From Promethearchaeota archaeon (GTDB lineage: Archaea; Asgardarchaeota; Lokiarchaeia; Sigyniarchaeales; SOKP01), in contig JAEOUA010000007.1 in NCBI GenBank assembly GCA_016839555.1, forward strand, positions 262,398-326,397: a stretch of 64,000 bases of DNA, in the 5' to 3' direction. Positions 42,722 to 51,725 of this stretch are shown piece after piece; the first letter of the stretch is position 1, and each line of letters opens with the position of its first letter. The notes below the pieces were generated by a model. That model was not told the origin of the DNA, searched no databases, and saw only the letters and a program-made list of their open reading frames with translations. The translations under genes were made by a program, and so were the position numbers.

Positions 42722-43684
42722 TTAGTTTTGATCTTCATCGTTCTTACTAGTTACTTTTTCTTTTAATTCTTCTTCAATATTAACCTTATGTTTCACGATT
42801 TTTTCTTTATCATAGTCTACATGCTTTTTTGAGATTACATCTCTTCTTTCTAATGCATATTCATTTGGCTTTAATTTTCGAGCGGGTATCCCAGCGTACA
42901 CCCATCGAGGTTCGATCATCTGATTAAACAATGTGCACGTCGCGGCTCCAGTTACAGATTCCTTTCCTACAATTGTACCCGGGGCAATTGTAGATTCTCC
43001 CCCAATTACAGTATGATCATCAAGGATTACTTTTTTAATAATAAGATACTTCCCAACCACCATTGAACTCATTACTACTGCTCCTTGACCGACCATCACC
43101 CTCCTACCGAACTCCACAAATTCAATATCGCACCATGCATCTAAAAGATGACTAGAATTATCTATATTGATACCAAACCATTTAAAGGCAAACACATCCA
43201 CCCAAGGGAGTGGCCAATTGTTCATCAACCAAATAACAAGTTTCTTAATTTCTATTCGTAAACACCAGAATTCAAAATCATTATCCCCTAATTCTGCTTT
43301 AAAAATACCTTCTTTTGGTTTGTGAATCAAATTTACAATTATTAAGATTAATTTACTCATTAAAAGACATCCAAACGTGAAGATTGTAAATATGGCAAAA
43401 ATATGTGCGGGAAGTAGACAGAAGAATATTACTAAATCGAAAGTCTGTTTTCTATAGAAGTAAATTAATAAATTTCGATCAAAAAAAGTCCAGAAATAAA
43501 GAAGGCTCATGATTCCCGAAATCCAGATGATTGGGATATAAACAATGAGAAATTTTAAATTGATCCGAGAGATGGCGCTCGAGGTCACGAAATCAATGAT
43601 ACATTCGTCGTCATCCTCATCCTTAGCGGAGTTTTTATTTTCATTATTATCTTCATTATCAGTTAATTCTTTACCATTATTCAT
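42722..43684 (-). CDS. Membrane-anchored left-handed beta-helix protein, type B, copy 1
   Basis: Paralog of 39758..40675 (IDFVTSSAI, VGQGAVVMSSM, GKYLIIKK). Confidence 0.85.
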   Translation of the reverse strand: MNNGKELTDNEDNNENKNSAKDEDDDECIIDFVTSSAISRINLKFLIVYIPIIWISGIMSLLYFWTFFDRNLLIYFYRKQTFDLVIFFCLLPAHIFAIFTIFTFGCLLMSKLILIIVNLIHKPKEGIFKAELGDNDFEFWCLRIEIKKLVIWLMNNWPLPWVDVFAFKWFGINIDNSSHLLDAWCDIEFVEFGRRVMVGQGAVVMSSMVVGKYLIIKKVILDDHTVIGGESTIAPGTIVGKESVTGAATCTLFNQMIEPRWVYAGIPARKLKPNEYALERRDVISKKHVDYDKEKIVKHKVNIEEELKEKVTSKNDEDQN

Positions 43685-43691
43685 TTCTTAT

Positions 43692-44591
43692 TCACTTCTT
43701 TGAGTTTTGTTTATTGTCTTCATATTTTTGATATAGGTTATCTGCTTTTTTAAGATCCTCATCGCTAACTTTTAAATATTCTTTTAATTTTCTTTTAAAT
43801 AGCCGACGTATGGGCATCCCGAAATAATAATAATCTCCTTTATTTTCAGTAAATTTTAAGGCTGCCCCTAAAGGAAAAATATAACTATTATCTTTTAATT
43901 TAGTTCCCGGTGCTATTGGGGCTTCTGGGCCTACTGTACAATTATCTCCTAATCTTATCTTGAAATAATATACATTTCCGAAAATGCCCTCTACGAGGTG
44001 GCTTGCTAAAGCTGCATTTGGAGCCAGATAGCAATTTCTCCCCGTATCTACAAATTTTTCTCCTAAAATTTCTTCTTCAATAGTAGTTCCTTTTCCATAA
44101 TTTGTCGCTCCAATAAAGTTAAAAACCCAGGTAAACAACCAAGGAAAAAGGCCCTTCATAACCGCATTTTTAGGATATTTTAAGATAAAAGAACGGATAT
44201 GATACAAATTTAATGTCTTACTGGGGATATTTCTGGGAATTATACCTTCTTTTGAAGGTACAATTCTTTCACTTACCCAATACCAAAATTTAGTAACCAT
44301 TGCAGCTATAAGTATATGCAAAATATAAGAAAATATAAGGACTAATGGAAAACTTAGAAATGATATGAGGGGGTCTAATTCTGTAAAAAGCGTTATAAAA
44401 TTGTCTGTTTCTAAACAATAGGGTAAGAAGTAGAAAAAAATATAAAAGAAAAATAATAATCCGGGAATCGCCCAAGAGAGAAAATAACAGGAGATAAATC
44501 CCAGAGCGCACCATTGAAATTTCCAAGATGGCTCTTCTTTTGTTATCTCTTCTTGGTCTTTTTCTGGCTTCAGTTTTTTACTTTTATTCAA
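43692..44591 (-). CDS. Membrane-anchored left-handed beta-helix protein, type A (His-containing), copy 1
   Basis: Paralog of 40665..41570 (GIIPRNIPSKTLNLYHIRSF, ASHLVEGIFG). Confidence 0.85.
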   Translation of the reverse strand: MNKSKKLKPEKDQEEITKEEPSWKFQWCALGFISCYFLSWAIPGLLFFFYIFFYFLPYCLETDNFITLFTELDPLISFLSFPLVLIFSYILHILIAAMVTKFWYWVSERIVPSKEGIIPRNIPSKTLNLYHIRSFILKYPKNAVMKGLFPWLFTWVFNFIGATNYGKGTTIEEEILGEKFVDTGRNCYLAPNAALASHLVEGIFGNVYYFKIRLGDNCTVGPEAPIAPGTKLKDNSYIFPLGAALKFTENKGDYYYFGMPIRRLFKRKLKEYLKVSDEDLKKADNLYQKYEDNKQNSKK

Positions 44592-44870
44592 GATGATTCA
44601 CTTTTTTAATGAAAAGGATAATTTATTATAAATTTTGATGAAAAACCATCATTAATTAATTATATAACTTCATACTCTTTATTTTATAAGATATACTTCA
44701 GTTTATAATAATTTTCCTATCTTTTTTTATTTATATAGGGATATTTTTTATTTTATAATGATGTGTTAATAATAAATAACTTAAATCTATAAAATAATGT
44801 ATGAAATATAATTTCAAAAACATTTAAATCTTATTTGATAAAAAAAATTATTACTACTTAGAAAATAATC

Positions 44871-47117
44871 ATGACGAAAAATAAAAGTTCTTTTACCTTA
44901 TCCGATCTGTATCCAAAATATGTAATTAATAGCAAAGGTGAGAAAAAATCCTTTGATGAGTCTAAAATAGCTTCGGTCTTAAATAAAGAAACTGGATTAG
45001 ATATGCATATCGCGGAAAAAGTAGCTGAAGATGTATTAAGAAAAATTATTGGATTAGGGGTTGAGGAAATAACTACTAATTATTTAAGGGAATTAGTATG
45101 CGTTGAATTAACCCAGCGTGGAATGAATAAATATCGGAATCTATTTGCTCGAGCTATCAACTTGGAAGATATCAGTTTCAAGTTGGATAAATCATTTGTA
45201 GAACAATATAAAGCAAAAAATCCCGATTGGGGTCCATTGGGCTATTTTACCTATAAAAGAACTTATGCTCGAATCATCGAGGAAGAGAATCGAAAAGAAG
45301 AATTTTGGGAAACTCTTAAGAGGGTAGTAGAGGGGTGTTATTCTATCCAAAAAGAACATTGTAAAAAATTAAGCCTACCATGGATTGAAGAAAAAGCACA
45401 GAAATCTGCACAAGAAATGTGGAAAAAGATATGGAACTTTAAAATGACCCCCCCAGGAAGGGGTTTTTGGATGATGGGAACAGAATTCATAAATCGTCAT
45501 GGTTCTATGGCACTTAATAATTGCGGTTTTGCCTCTACGGCTGATATTGATTTAAAATACTCAAAAGCATTTGAATTTGTGATGGACGCTCTAATGCTAG
45601 GAGTAGGAGTGGGATTTGATACAAAAGGGGCGGGAAAACTCACTATTAAAAAGCCTCAAGAAGGTCATTTTGATTATACTATTCCAGATAGTAGAGAAGG
45701 ATGGGTGGAAGCCCTTAGATTAATATTAGAAGCTTATTTCATCGGAAAACAAATTCCAAAATATGATTTTTCTGAGATTCGACCTACAGGGGCACCAATT
45801 AGAGGGTTTGGCGGTATTGCTTCAGGACCAGGCCCCTTAAAAGAAATGCTTAAAGATATTCAACAATTATTAGAAAAAAGAATTGATCAACCAATTACAT
45901 CATTAGATATCCTTGATATTATGAATTATATTGGGAGATGCGTTGTTGCCGGAAATGTTAGAAGGTCTGCCGAAATTGCTTTAGGAGATCCAGCAGATTT
46001 CGACTTTATTACCAGTAAACAAGATAAGCATAAATTATATTCTCACAGATGGGCTAGTAATAATAGTATTTTTGCTTATAAGGGATTAGATTATTCTTTT
46101 ATCGCAGATCAGATTGCGGTGAATGGCGAACCAGGTGTTTTCTGGCTGGAAAATGCGAGAGCATTCTCACGAATGAAAGAAGCTCCAGATTATAAAGATA
46201 AAAAGGCAGCTGGGGTAAACCCGTGTGGAGAACAGACTTTGGAATCATTTGAATTGTGTTGCCTTGTAGAAACCTTTCCATCTCGGCATGAATCTTATGA
46301 AGAATATCAGGAAACACTAAAATATGCGTATCTCTATGCAAAATCAGTCACTTTAGTCAACACTCATTGGAAAGAAACTAATGCTGTGATGCTAAAAAAT
46401 AGAAGAATGGGAATATCTCAAACAGGAATAATTGAAGCGTTTGTAAAGCATGGAAGACACACTATGTTAGAATGGTGTGATAAAGGTTATAATTATTTAA
46501 AACAATTAGACGAAACCTATTCAGACTGGCTATGTGTTCCTAAGTCCATTAAATTGACCACTATAAAACCCAGCGGGACCGTGAGCATTTTAGCAGGAGT
46601 AACTCCAGGGATCCATTATCCTCATTCAGAATATTATATCCGAAGAGTAAGAGTTTCCAGCAATTCCGATTTAATACAACCTTTAAAAGAGGCAGGATAT
46701 CCGATATATAATGATAAATACTCAAATAATTCAGTTGTCGTGGAATTTCCTATTCATGAAGAAAATTTCGATCGAGGAAAAGATCATGTATCTATTTGGG
46801 AGCAAGCAGAAAATGCTGCAGCATATCAAAAATATTGGTCCGATAATCAAGTTTCTATCACAATTACCTTCAAACCAGAAGAGGTGAAAGAGATTCAATA
46901 TGTGCTTGAATGCTATGAAGACAAACTAAAAGCTGTGAGCTTTTTACCTCTCAAGGAACATGGCTATGAACAAGCCCCTTATGAGAAAATCACCAAAGAA
47001 GAATATGAAAGAAGAATATCAGAGGCGAAACCTCTTAATTTAAAAAAGACAGCAGATAAAGCCATAGGTGAAAAATTTTGCGACAGCGATACCTGCGAAT
47101 ATGATTATACTCAATGA
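44871..47117 (+). CDS. nrdJ: Class II (adenosylcobalamin-dependent) ribonucleotide reductase with N-terminal ATP-cone
   Basis: N-terminal VINSKGEKKSFDESKI ATP-cone; TYKRTYAR, PPGRG, LNNC, GNVRRSA, NPCGEQ, TTIKPSGTVS; C-terminal CDSDTC. Confidence 0.92.
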   Translation: MTKNKSSFTLSDLYPKYVINSKGEKKSFDESKIASVLNKETGLDMHIAEKVAEDVLRKIIGLGVEEITTNYLRELVCVELTQRGMNKYRNLFARAINLEDISFKLDKSFVEQYKAKNPDWGPLGYFTYKRTYARIIEEENRKEEFWETLKRVVEGCYSIQKEHCKKLSLPWIEEKAQKSAQEMWKKIWNFKMTPPGRGFWMMGTEFINRHGSMALNNCGFASTADIDLKYSKAFEFVMDALMLGVGVGFDTKGAGKLTIKKPQEGHFDYTIPDSREGWVEALRLILEAYFIGKQIPKYDFSEIRPTGAPIRGFGGIASGPGPLKEMLKDIQQLLEKRIDQPITSLDILDIMNYIGRCVVAGNVRRSAEIALGDPADFDFITSKQDKHKLYSHRWASNNSIFAYKGLDYSFIADQIAVNGEPGVFWLENARAFSRMKEAPDYKDKKAAGVNPCGEQTLESFELCCLVETFPSRHESYEEYQETLKYAYLYAKSVTLVNTHWKETNAVMLKNRRMGISQTGIIEAFVKHGRHTMLEWCDKGYNYLKQLDETYSDWLCVPKSIKLTTIKPSGTVSILAGVTPGIHYPHSEYYIRRVRVSSNSDLIQPLKEAGYPIYNDKYSNNSVVVEFPIHEENFDRGKDHVSIWEQAENAAAYQKYWSDNQVSITITFKPEEVKEIQYVLECYEDKLKAVSFLPLKEHGYEQAPYEKITKEEYERRISEAKPLNLKKTADKAIGEKFCDSDTCEYDYTQ

Positions 47118-47285
47118 TTAAAATTATTGTTAATAAAGCATAACAATCATTTTTAAAATTTCACAATCATATTATTTCTTTAACTAATTAATCAAAATTT
47201 TCATAAGAAAATTAAAAAACAAAAAATTATAAATTGGTATATAAAAATATTTTAATTAGAAAAAAAAATAAAAGAGTTGATTATT

Positions 47286-48299
47286 GTGGCGAAAGATAAA
47301 GAGAAAGAAGAAAAAAAAGAAGAAAAAGAATCGAAGAAACCTGAAGAGAAGAAAGAAATCGATTTAGAGAATCTGGAACAATATTCTGTGAGAAAATTAC
47401 GTAGTATCGCTAAGGATAACAATATTAGCATCCCTTCGGGCTCGAATAAGGAGGAGATTATTCGAATTATTCAAGAAGGAACTGGAATTATAGAGATCCC
47501 GGAGGATTACGTATACAAGGACATAAAAGTGGAGTTTTGGCGAACAAGGCTTCACGACGAGGAGCTTGGCATTCATCAGCAAATGAAATATGAGGCGAAG
47601 ACCCGTTGGTTTTCAAAAAGTTTTGATATCGAAGGAAAAGTCTCTTTTGATGGAGAAGAAGCATATATCATTGCATTTAATAAAGAGGAATGGAATGAAG
47701 GATGGGAAGATAATGAGGAGCCTACTCGGCTCAGACTACGTCTCTTTACCATTTTAGAAGAATCATTGGAAAGTAGACCTGAAGGAGGTAATTATAAAGG
47801 GGGAATAGAATTAAGTATTGCGCATTCTATATTACAAAGCTATGAAGTAAAGCGTCCATCACCAGTATTTTTTATACAACTACCCAAAGACAATCGATTA
47901 ATAAAAATTGTAAGAGCACGGAGACTAATAGGTACAAGGTGGACATGGCCAATACTGCCTGAAGAAAAAGAAGATAAGTTTCAAATGATAACAGCGATGG
48001 GTAAGGTAGGCTTAGGTAGAAATTACGATATTTCAATCGGAGATAAAAAGATTGCTCGCATTGACGGCCAACGTATTCAGAAAGAATTTGAAATCCAAAT
48101 CTATGATAAAGATTACTCTGAAGATGATACTTTTATTCACCAACTAATACTTTTTGCTTGTGCATGTAATTTTATGCAAGATTGTGAAGACATGATCGAT
48201 GCTCTTTATAAAGATATGAAGAACACAGGCACCTCAGATTACAAAATTCCAAAATCGGAGAATGATTTATTCCGAAACCCAAGAATGATGAGGAGATAA
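47286..48299 (+). CDS. Hypothetical protein: Rho_N/SAP-like helical domain plus possible tubby/LURP-one-like domain
   Basis: LEQYSVRKLRSIAKDNNISIPSGSNKEEIIRII is a helix-extension-helix motif; beta-rich C-terminal part ends in a hydrophobic helix (FIHQLILFACAC). Likely GTG start at 47286. Confidence 0.65.
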   Translation: MAKDKEKEEKKEEKESKKPEEKKEIDLENLEQYSVRKLRSIAKDNNISIPSGSNKEEIIRIIQEGTGIIEIPEDYVYKDIKVEFWRTRLHDEELGIHQQMKYEAKTRWFSKSFDIEGKVSFDGEEAYIIAFNKEEWNEGWEDNEEPTRLRLRLFTILEESLESRPEGGNYKGGIELSIAHSILQSYEVKRPSPVFFIQLPKDNRLIKIVRARRLIGTRWTWPILPEEKEDKFQMITAMGKVGLGRNYDISIGDKKIARIDGQRIQKEFEIQIYDKDYSEDDTFIHQLILFACACNFMQDCEDMIDALYKDMKNTGTSDYKIPKSENDLFRNPRMMRR

Positions 48300-48442
48300 T
48301 ACTCAAATCAAAGTATTTTAATTTTAAATAAGTTTATTTTTTCTCTTCTTTTATTTTAATTTTAAATGCCCGGATAATTCTCTAGGATTCATAAGATTTA
48401 ATATTGTTTTTTATTTGATTAGATAGTTCTATACCTTAAAAC

Positions 48443-48616
48443 TTAATAATTTCTTGATCTTTCAAAAATCCCTCCACAGACTGCTAGTATTGCTCCACAA
48501 GCGATAAGCCCAATACCGAACAAAGTAAAAATCCCTCCTACAACAAAGATTACTATAATCCCAATTATAATTATGATTATACCAATAATTAATCCTAAGA
48601 TTTTAAAAGTTTCCAC
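48443..48616 (-). CDS. Putative 57-aa two-TM membrane micro-protein (not in ORF track)
   Basis: GTG start gives METFKILGLIIGIIIIIIGIIVIFVVGGIFTLFGIGLIACGAILAVCGGIFERSRNY*. Confidence 0.7.
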   Translation of the reverse strand: METFKILGLIIGIIIIIIGIIVIFVVGGIFTLFGIGLIACGAILAVCGGIFERSRNY

Positions 48617-48798
48617 ACCTCATTTATATTTTTTAAATAATACTTTTTTAGTAAAGAGAATATTCAAATGTTTCTACAAACTCACCTAATATTTTTTTCA
48701 AATATAAAAAGAAGAGCTAATTAAAATCAAAAATTATAAAAAATTGAAAGAAAAAAATCAATAAAATAAAAGAATTTAAGCTTTCTATATTATCTTTT

Positions 48799-49572
48799 TC
48801 AACCTACATTTAGCTTTTTCCATTCAATGTAGCCTTTGGTTTCTTTTCCTTTATACATCGCATTATTTCCGGTTTTCTTTTTATATACTTTTCGTAATTG
48901 TTTTTCGCTCATTTCTTTCAATTGTTCTCTCCTTATTAGCTCTTCAACTTCTTCTTCCTCTTCTATTCTTTTAATTTGTTTCACTATGAAATACACGCCG
49001 TGGTTCCAAAAGACGAATACAAGAAATACTATGATTATCCAAATAAATCCAAAAACTCCTATATCCACAAGCCATTTCCATACGATTCTATGACCAAACA
49101 AGAATTTAAATCCTTCTTTTATTGCGTCTGAAAGCTCCGGAATAAATCCAAGAAGAAGAAAAAATGTAGCAATCGAGGCGCCTATAATCACCACTCCGAT
49201 TAGCCATCTCAATAGAGCATAATCTTCATATTTCTTAGCCACTTCCCGATCCTTAAAAAGAGCTTTACATATTGTAAGCATACCTCCGCGGAAAGCAGCA
49301 TAAAAAAGTACGATGAGTAGTACATGCCCAGTAACGATACCAGTAATGATGGCTATAATATACCCTACATGGAGTTCTAATAATTCTTGAAATAATCCTT
49401 GTTCTATCATATTTTTTATGATATAGACCCAAACACCCACCACAATAAAAATTGTACATATAATAGTGCAAAAATAAAACGTTTTGGCGATTGCGAGGTC
49501 CCAGCGGCTATATTTATGCAGAGGATCTTCTGCCAGTTTTGGAGCTCGCCTTGTTCTTCTCCCTCGTGCCAT
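48799..49572 (-). CDS. Hypothetical 4-TM membrane protein with small C-terminal soluble motif
   Basis: Two similar 2-TM units; C-terminal YKKKTGNNAMYKGKETKGYIEWK. Confidence 0.8.
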   Translation of the reverse strand: MARGRRTRRAPKLAEDPLHKYSRWDLAIAKTFYFCTIICTIFIVVGVWVYIIKNMIEQGLFQELLELHVGYIIAIITGIVTGHVLLIVLFYAAFRGGMLTICKALFKDREVAKKYEDYALLRWLIGVVIIGASIATFFLLLGFIPELSDAIKEGFKFLFGHRIVWKWLVDIGVFGFIWIIIVFLVFVFWNHGVYFIVKQIKRIEEEEEVEELIRREQLKEMSEKQLRKVYKKKTGNNAMYKGKETKGYIEWKKLNVG

Positions 49573-49683
49573 TTTTAAATTACCCTACGATATTTTTTCT
49601 AAATTATTCTATTAATTCTTAATATATTTAATTTTACTTTTTAAGTTTTTTAAGTTTATTTATTAAAGAAAAAATTTTGAAAT

Positions 49684-50190
49684 TTATCTCTCGATTTTGG
49701 TTCCACAATTGGGGCATTTTTTAACATTCGATTTAATCTTACTGCCACAATAAGGGCAAAAGATTTCTTCTGGTAATTCTTTTTTCTCTTTTTTCTTCTT
49801 TATTACTTCCTTTTTTGTTTCTGGTTCTTTTTTTTTCGTAATTTTTTTCCCTGCTCTTTTAAGCACTTTTTCTCTGGCAGTTCTTGGTTCTATTTCTTCT
49901 TCAACGAAGGGTTCTTCTGAAACCTCTAATTTCGCTCCACATTCTGGGCAGTATTGCTTTCTCTTAGTTATAAAGTAATAAAGCAAGAAAGGAACAATTC
50001 CCATTAATGGACCGAGAATCACGCCCCATACAAAATTGATTAAGAGAGGTATTAATCCAATTCCTATTAAAGCAACGATTATAATCCCCCAAACCAGTTT
50101 TTCAGAAGATTTAAGTTGCTCTCTTGCGACTTTACTTTTATCAATTTCTTCATCGCAAACTTTACAATAATAATATTTTTTTGCTCCCAT
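49684..50190 (-). CDS. Zinc-ribbon membrane protein (CxxC pair split by 2 TM, plus C-terminal double CxxC)
   Basis: CKVC, hydrophobic hairpin, CPECG; CPYCG...CPNCG. Confidence 0.8.
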   Translation of the reverse strand: MGAKKYYYCKVCDEEIDKSKVAREQLKSSEKLVWGIIIVALIGIGLIPLLINFVWGVILGPLMGIVPFLLYYFITKRKQYCPECGAKLEVSEEPFVEEEIEPRTAREKVLKRAGKKITKKKEPETKKEVIKKKKEKKELPEEIFCPYCGSKIKSNVKKCPNCGTKIER

Positions 50191-50379
50191 AGTTTTTCAA
50201 TCTTTTTAATCTCAAATTAATTATAATAGATATAATAAGCATTAGTAATTATAGCTTCTTATAATAGTTAGTAATAATCTTATATAATATTTTTTAATTG
50301 ATTATAATATTAAAAGAATTTTGAGTTAATATTTTACTCTTTATCGTAATTAATCTTACCGAATGTAATTGAACTTAAT

Positions 50380-51714
50380 TTGAACGAATTAGTCTCTAAA
50401 TCAAATACTTTCTATATGGAAACCTATGGATGTGCCGCTAATAAAGCAGATTCAAATATTATGGAGCATCTTTTACGTGAATCTGGGTATATTAAGACAG
50501 ATTTTAAAGAAGCTGAATTTATTATAATTAATACATGTGGTGTGAAACAACAGACTGAAAATAAAATTAAGGCACGACTCAAAAAGCTATATAAATATTC
50601 CCTTAATCATCCACATAAAAAATTTATCATTGCAGGGTGCCTCCCTTTTATTGCACCAAACTATCTAAAAAAAATCCAGATTATTTTTCCTACTTTTTCA
50701 GCGATTATAGATTTAAATAGTATTGAAAAAATTTCTGAAATTGTTAATGTGATAGAGAAAGGAGAAAAAAATCTACTCTATATTTCGAATAAAAAAATTG
50801 ATAAATCAAAGTATATGATTTCTTATCCAAAAGGTAAAATCACGGGAATAATCCAAATTTCAGAAGGATGTCTTGGTGCGTGTACTTATTGTTGCGTAAA
50901 AAACGCGAGAGGGATATTAAATTGTTATAGCCCACAAAACATAGTAAAAACTATTGAACATCAATTACTTCAAGGAATCAAGCAAATATATTTAACCTCA
51001 CAAGATTGTAGTGTTTATGATTTTGATTCAATTCAATTAGGAGAATTAATTGAAAAAATTAATAACTTACCATTCCAGTTTTTTCTACGTATAGGAATGC
51101 TTAATCCAAGCTTTCTTATTGATAATCTTAAGCAATTAATTAAAATATTGAGGTTTGAGAAAGTTTATCAATTTTTACATATTCCCATTCAATCTGGAAG
51201 CAATAATATCCTTAAAAAAATGAGTCGACCCTATTTAATTAAAGATATTATTAATCCCTTATATCAACTTAGGAAACAGTTTCCTTATTTAACAATCTCA
51301 ACAGACATAATATGTGGCTTTCCTAGAGAAAGTGAGTATGATTTCTATCAAACTATTAATTTTATAAAATGGTTAAATCCCGAAATATTAAATATCTCAA
51401 AATTTACCCCTCGTCCTGGTACCAAGGCAAAAAAAATGGATCAGTTAAATAATAAAATTATAAAAAATCGTTCGATGAGATTATCTTCTGTTTTTCGAAA
51501 TAATTTAGAGGTGATTAATCAAAAATGGTTAGAATGGCAGGGAAAAGCCTTATTATTGCATGAAACCGCAATAAAAAATCAAGCTTTTGGAAGGAACTTT
51601 GCTTATAAAAATATTCTCATAGATAATTATACTGGATCTTTTGGTAAATTTGTGGATTTAAAGATTATCAAAGTTGATGGATTTAATTTGTATGGAAAAA
51701 TAATAGAAAAATAA
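50380..51714 (+). CDS. tRNA methylthiotransferase, MiaB-like (archaeal/eukaryotic MtaB type)
   Basis: ETYGCAAN and INTCGV (UPF0004 domain), EGCLGACTYC radical SAM motif, HIPIQSGS, TDIICGFP, TRAM-like C-terminus. Confidence 0.9.
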   Translation: MNELVSKSNTFYMETYGCAANKADSNIMEHLLRESGYIKTDFKEAEFIIINTCGVKQQTENKIKARLKKLYKYSLNHPHKKFIIAGCLPFIAPNYLKKIQIIFPTFSAIIDLNSIEKISEIVNVIEKGEKNLLYISNKKIDKSKYMISYPKGKITGIIQISEGCLGACTYCCVKNARGILNCYSPQNIVKTIEHQLLQGIKQIYLTSQDCSVYDFDSIQLGELIEKINNLPFQFFLRIGMLNPSFLIDNLKQLIKILRFEKVYQFLHIPIQSGSNNILKKMSRPYLIKDIINPLYQLRKQFPYLTISTDIICGFPRESEYDFYQTINFIKWLNPEILNISKFTPRPGTKAKKMDQLNNKIIKNRSMRLSSVFRNNLEVINQKWLEWQGKALLLHETAIKNQAFGRNFAYKNILIDNYTGSFGKFVDLKIIKVDGFNLYGKIIEK

Positions 51715-51725
51715 AAATAGAATAG

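Larger units (their letters stand above)
38934..44591 (-). repeat. Diverged tandem duplication of a three-gene cassette (41786-44591 and 38934-41570)
   Basis: Same gene order A-B-C twice; pairwise paralogs share long identical peptide blocks. Confidence 0.9.
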
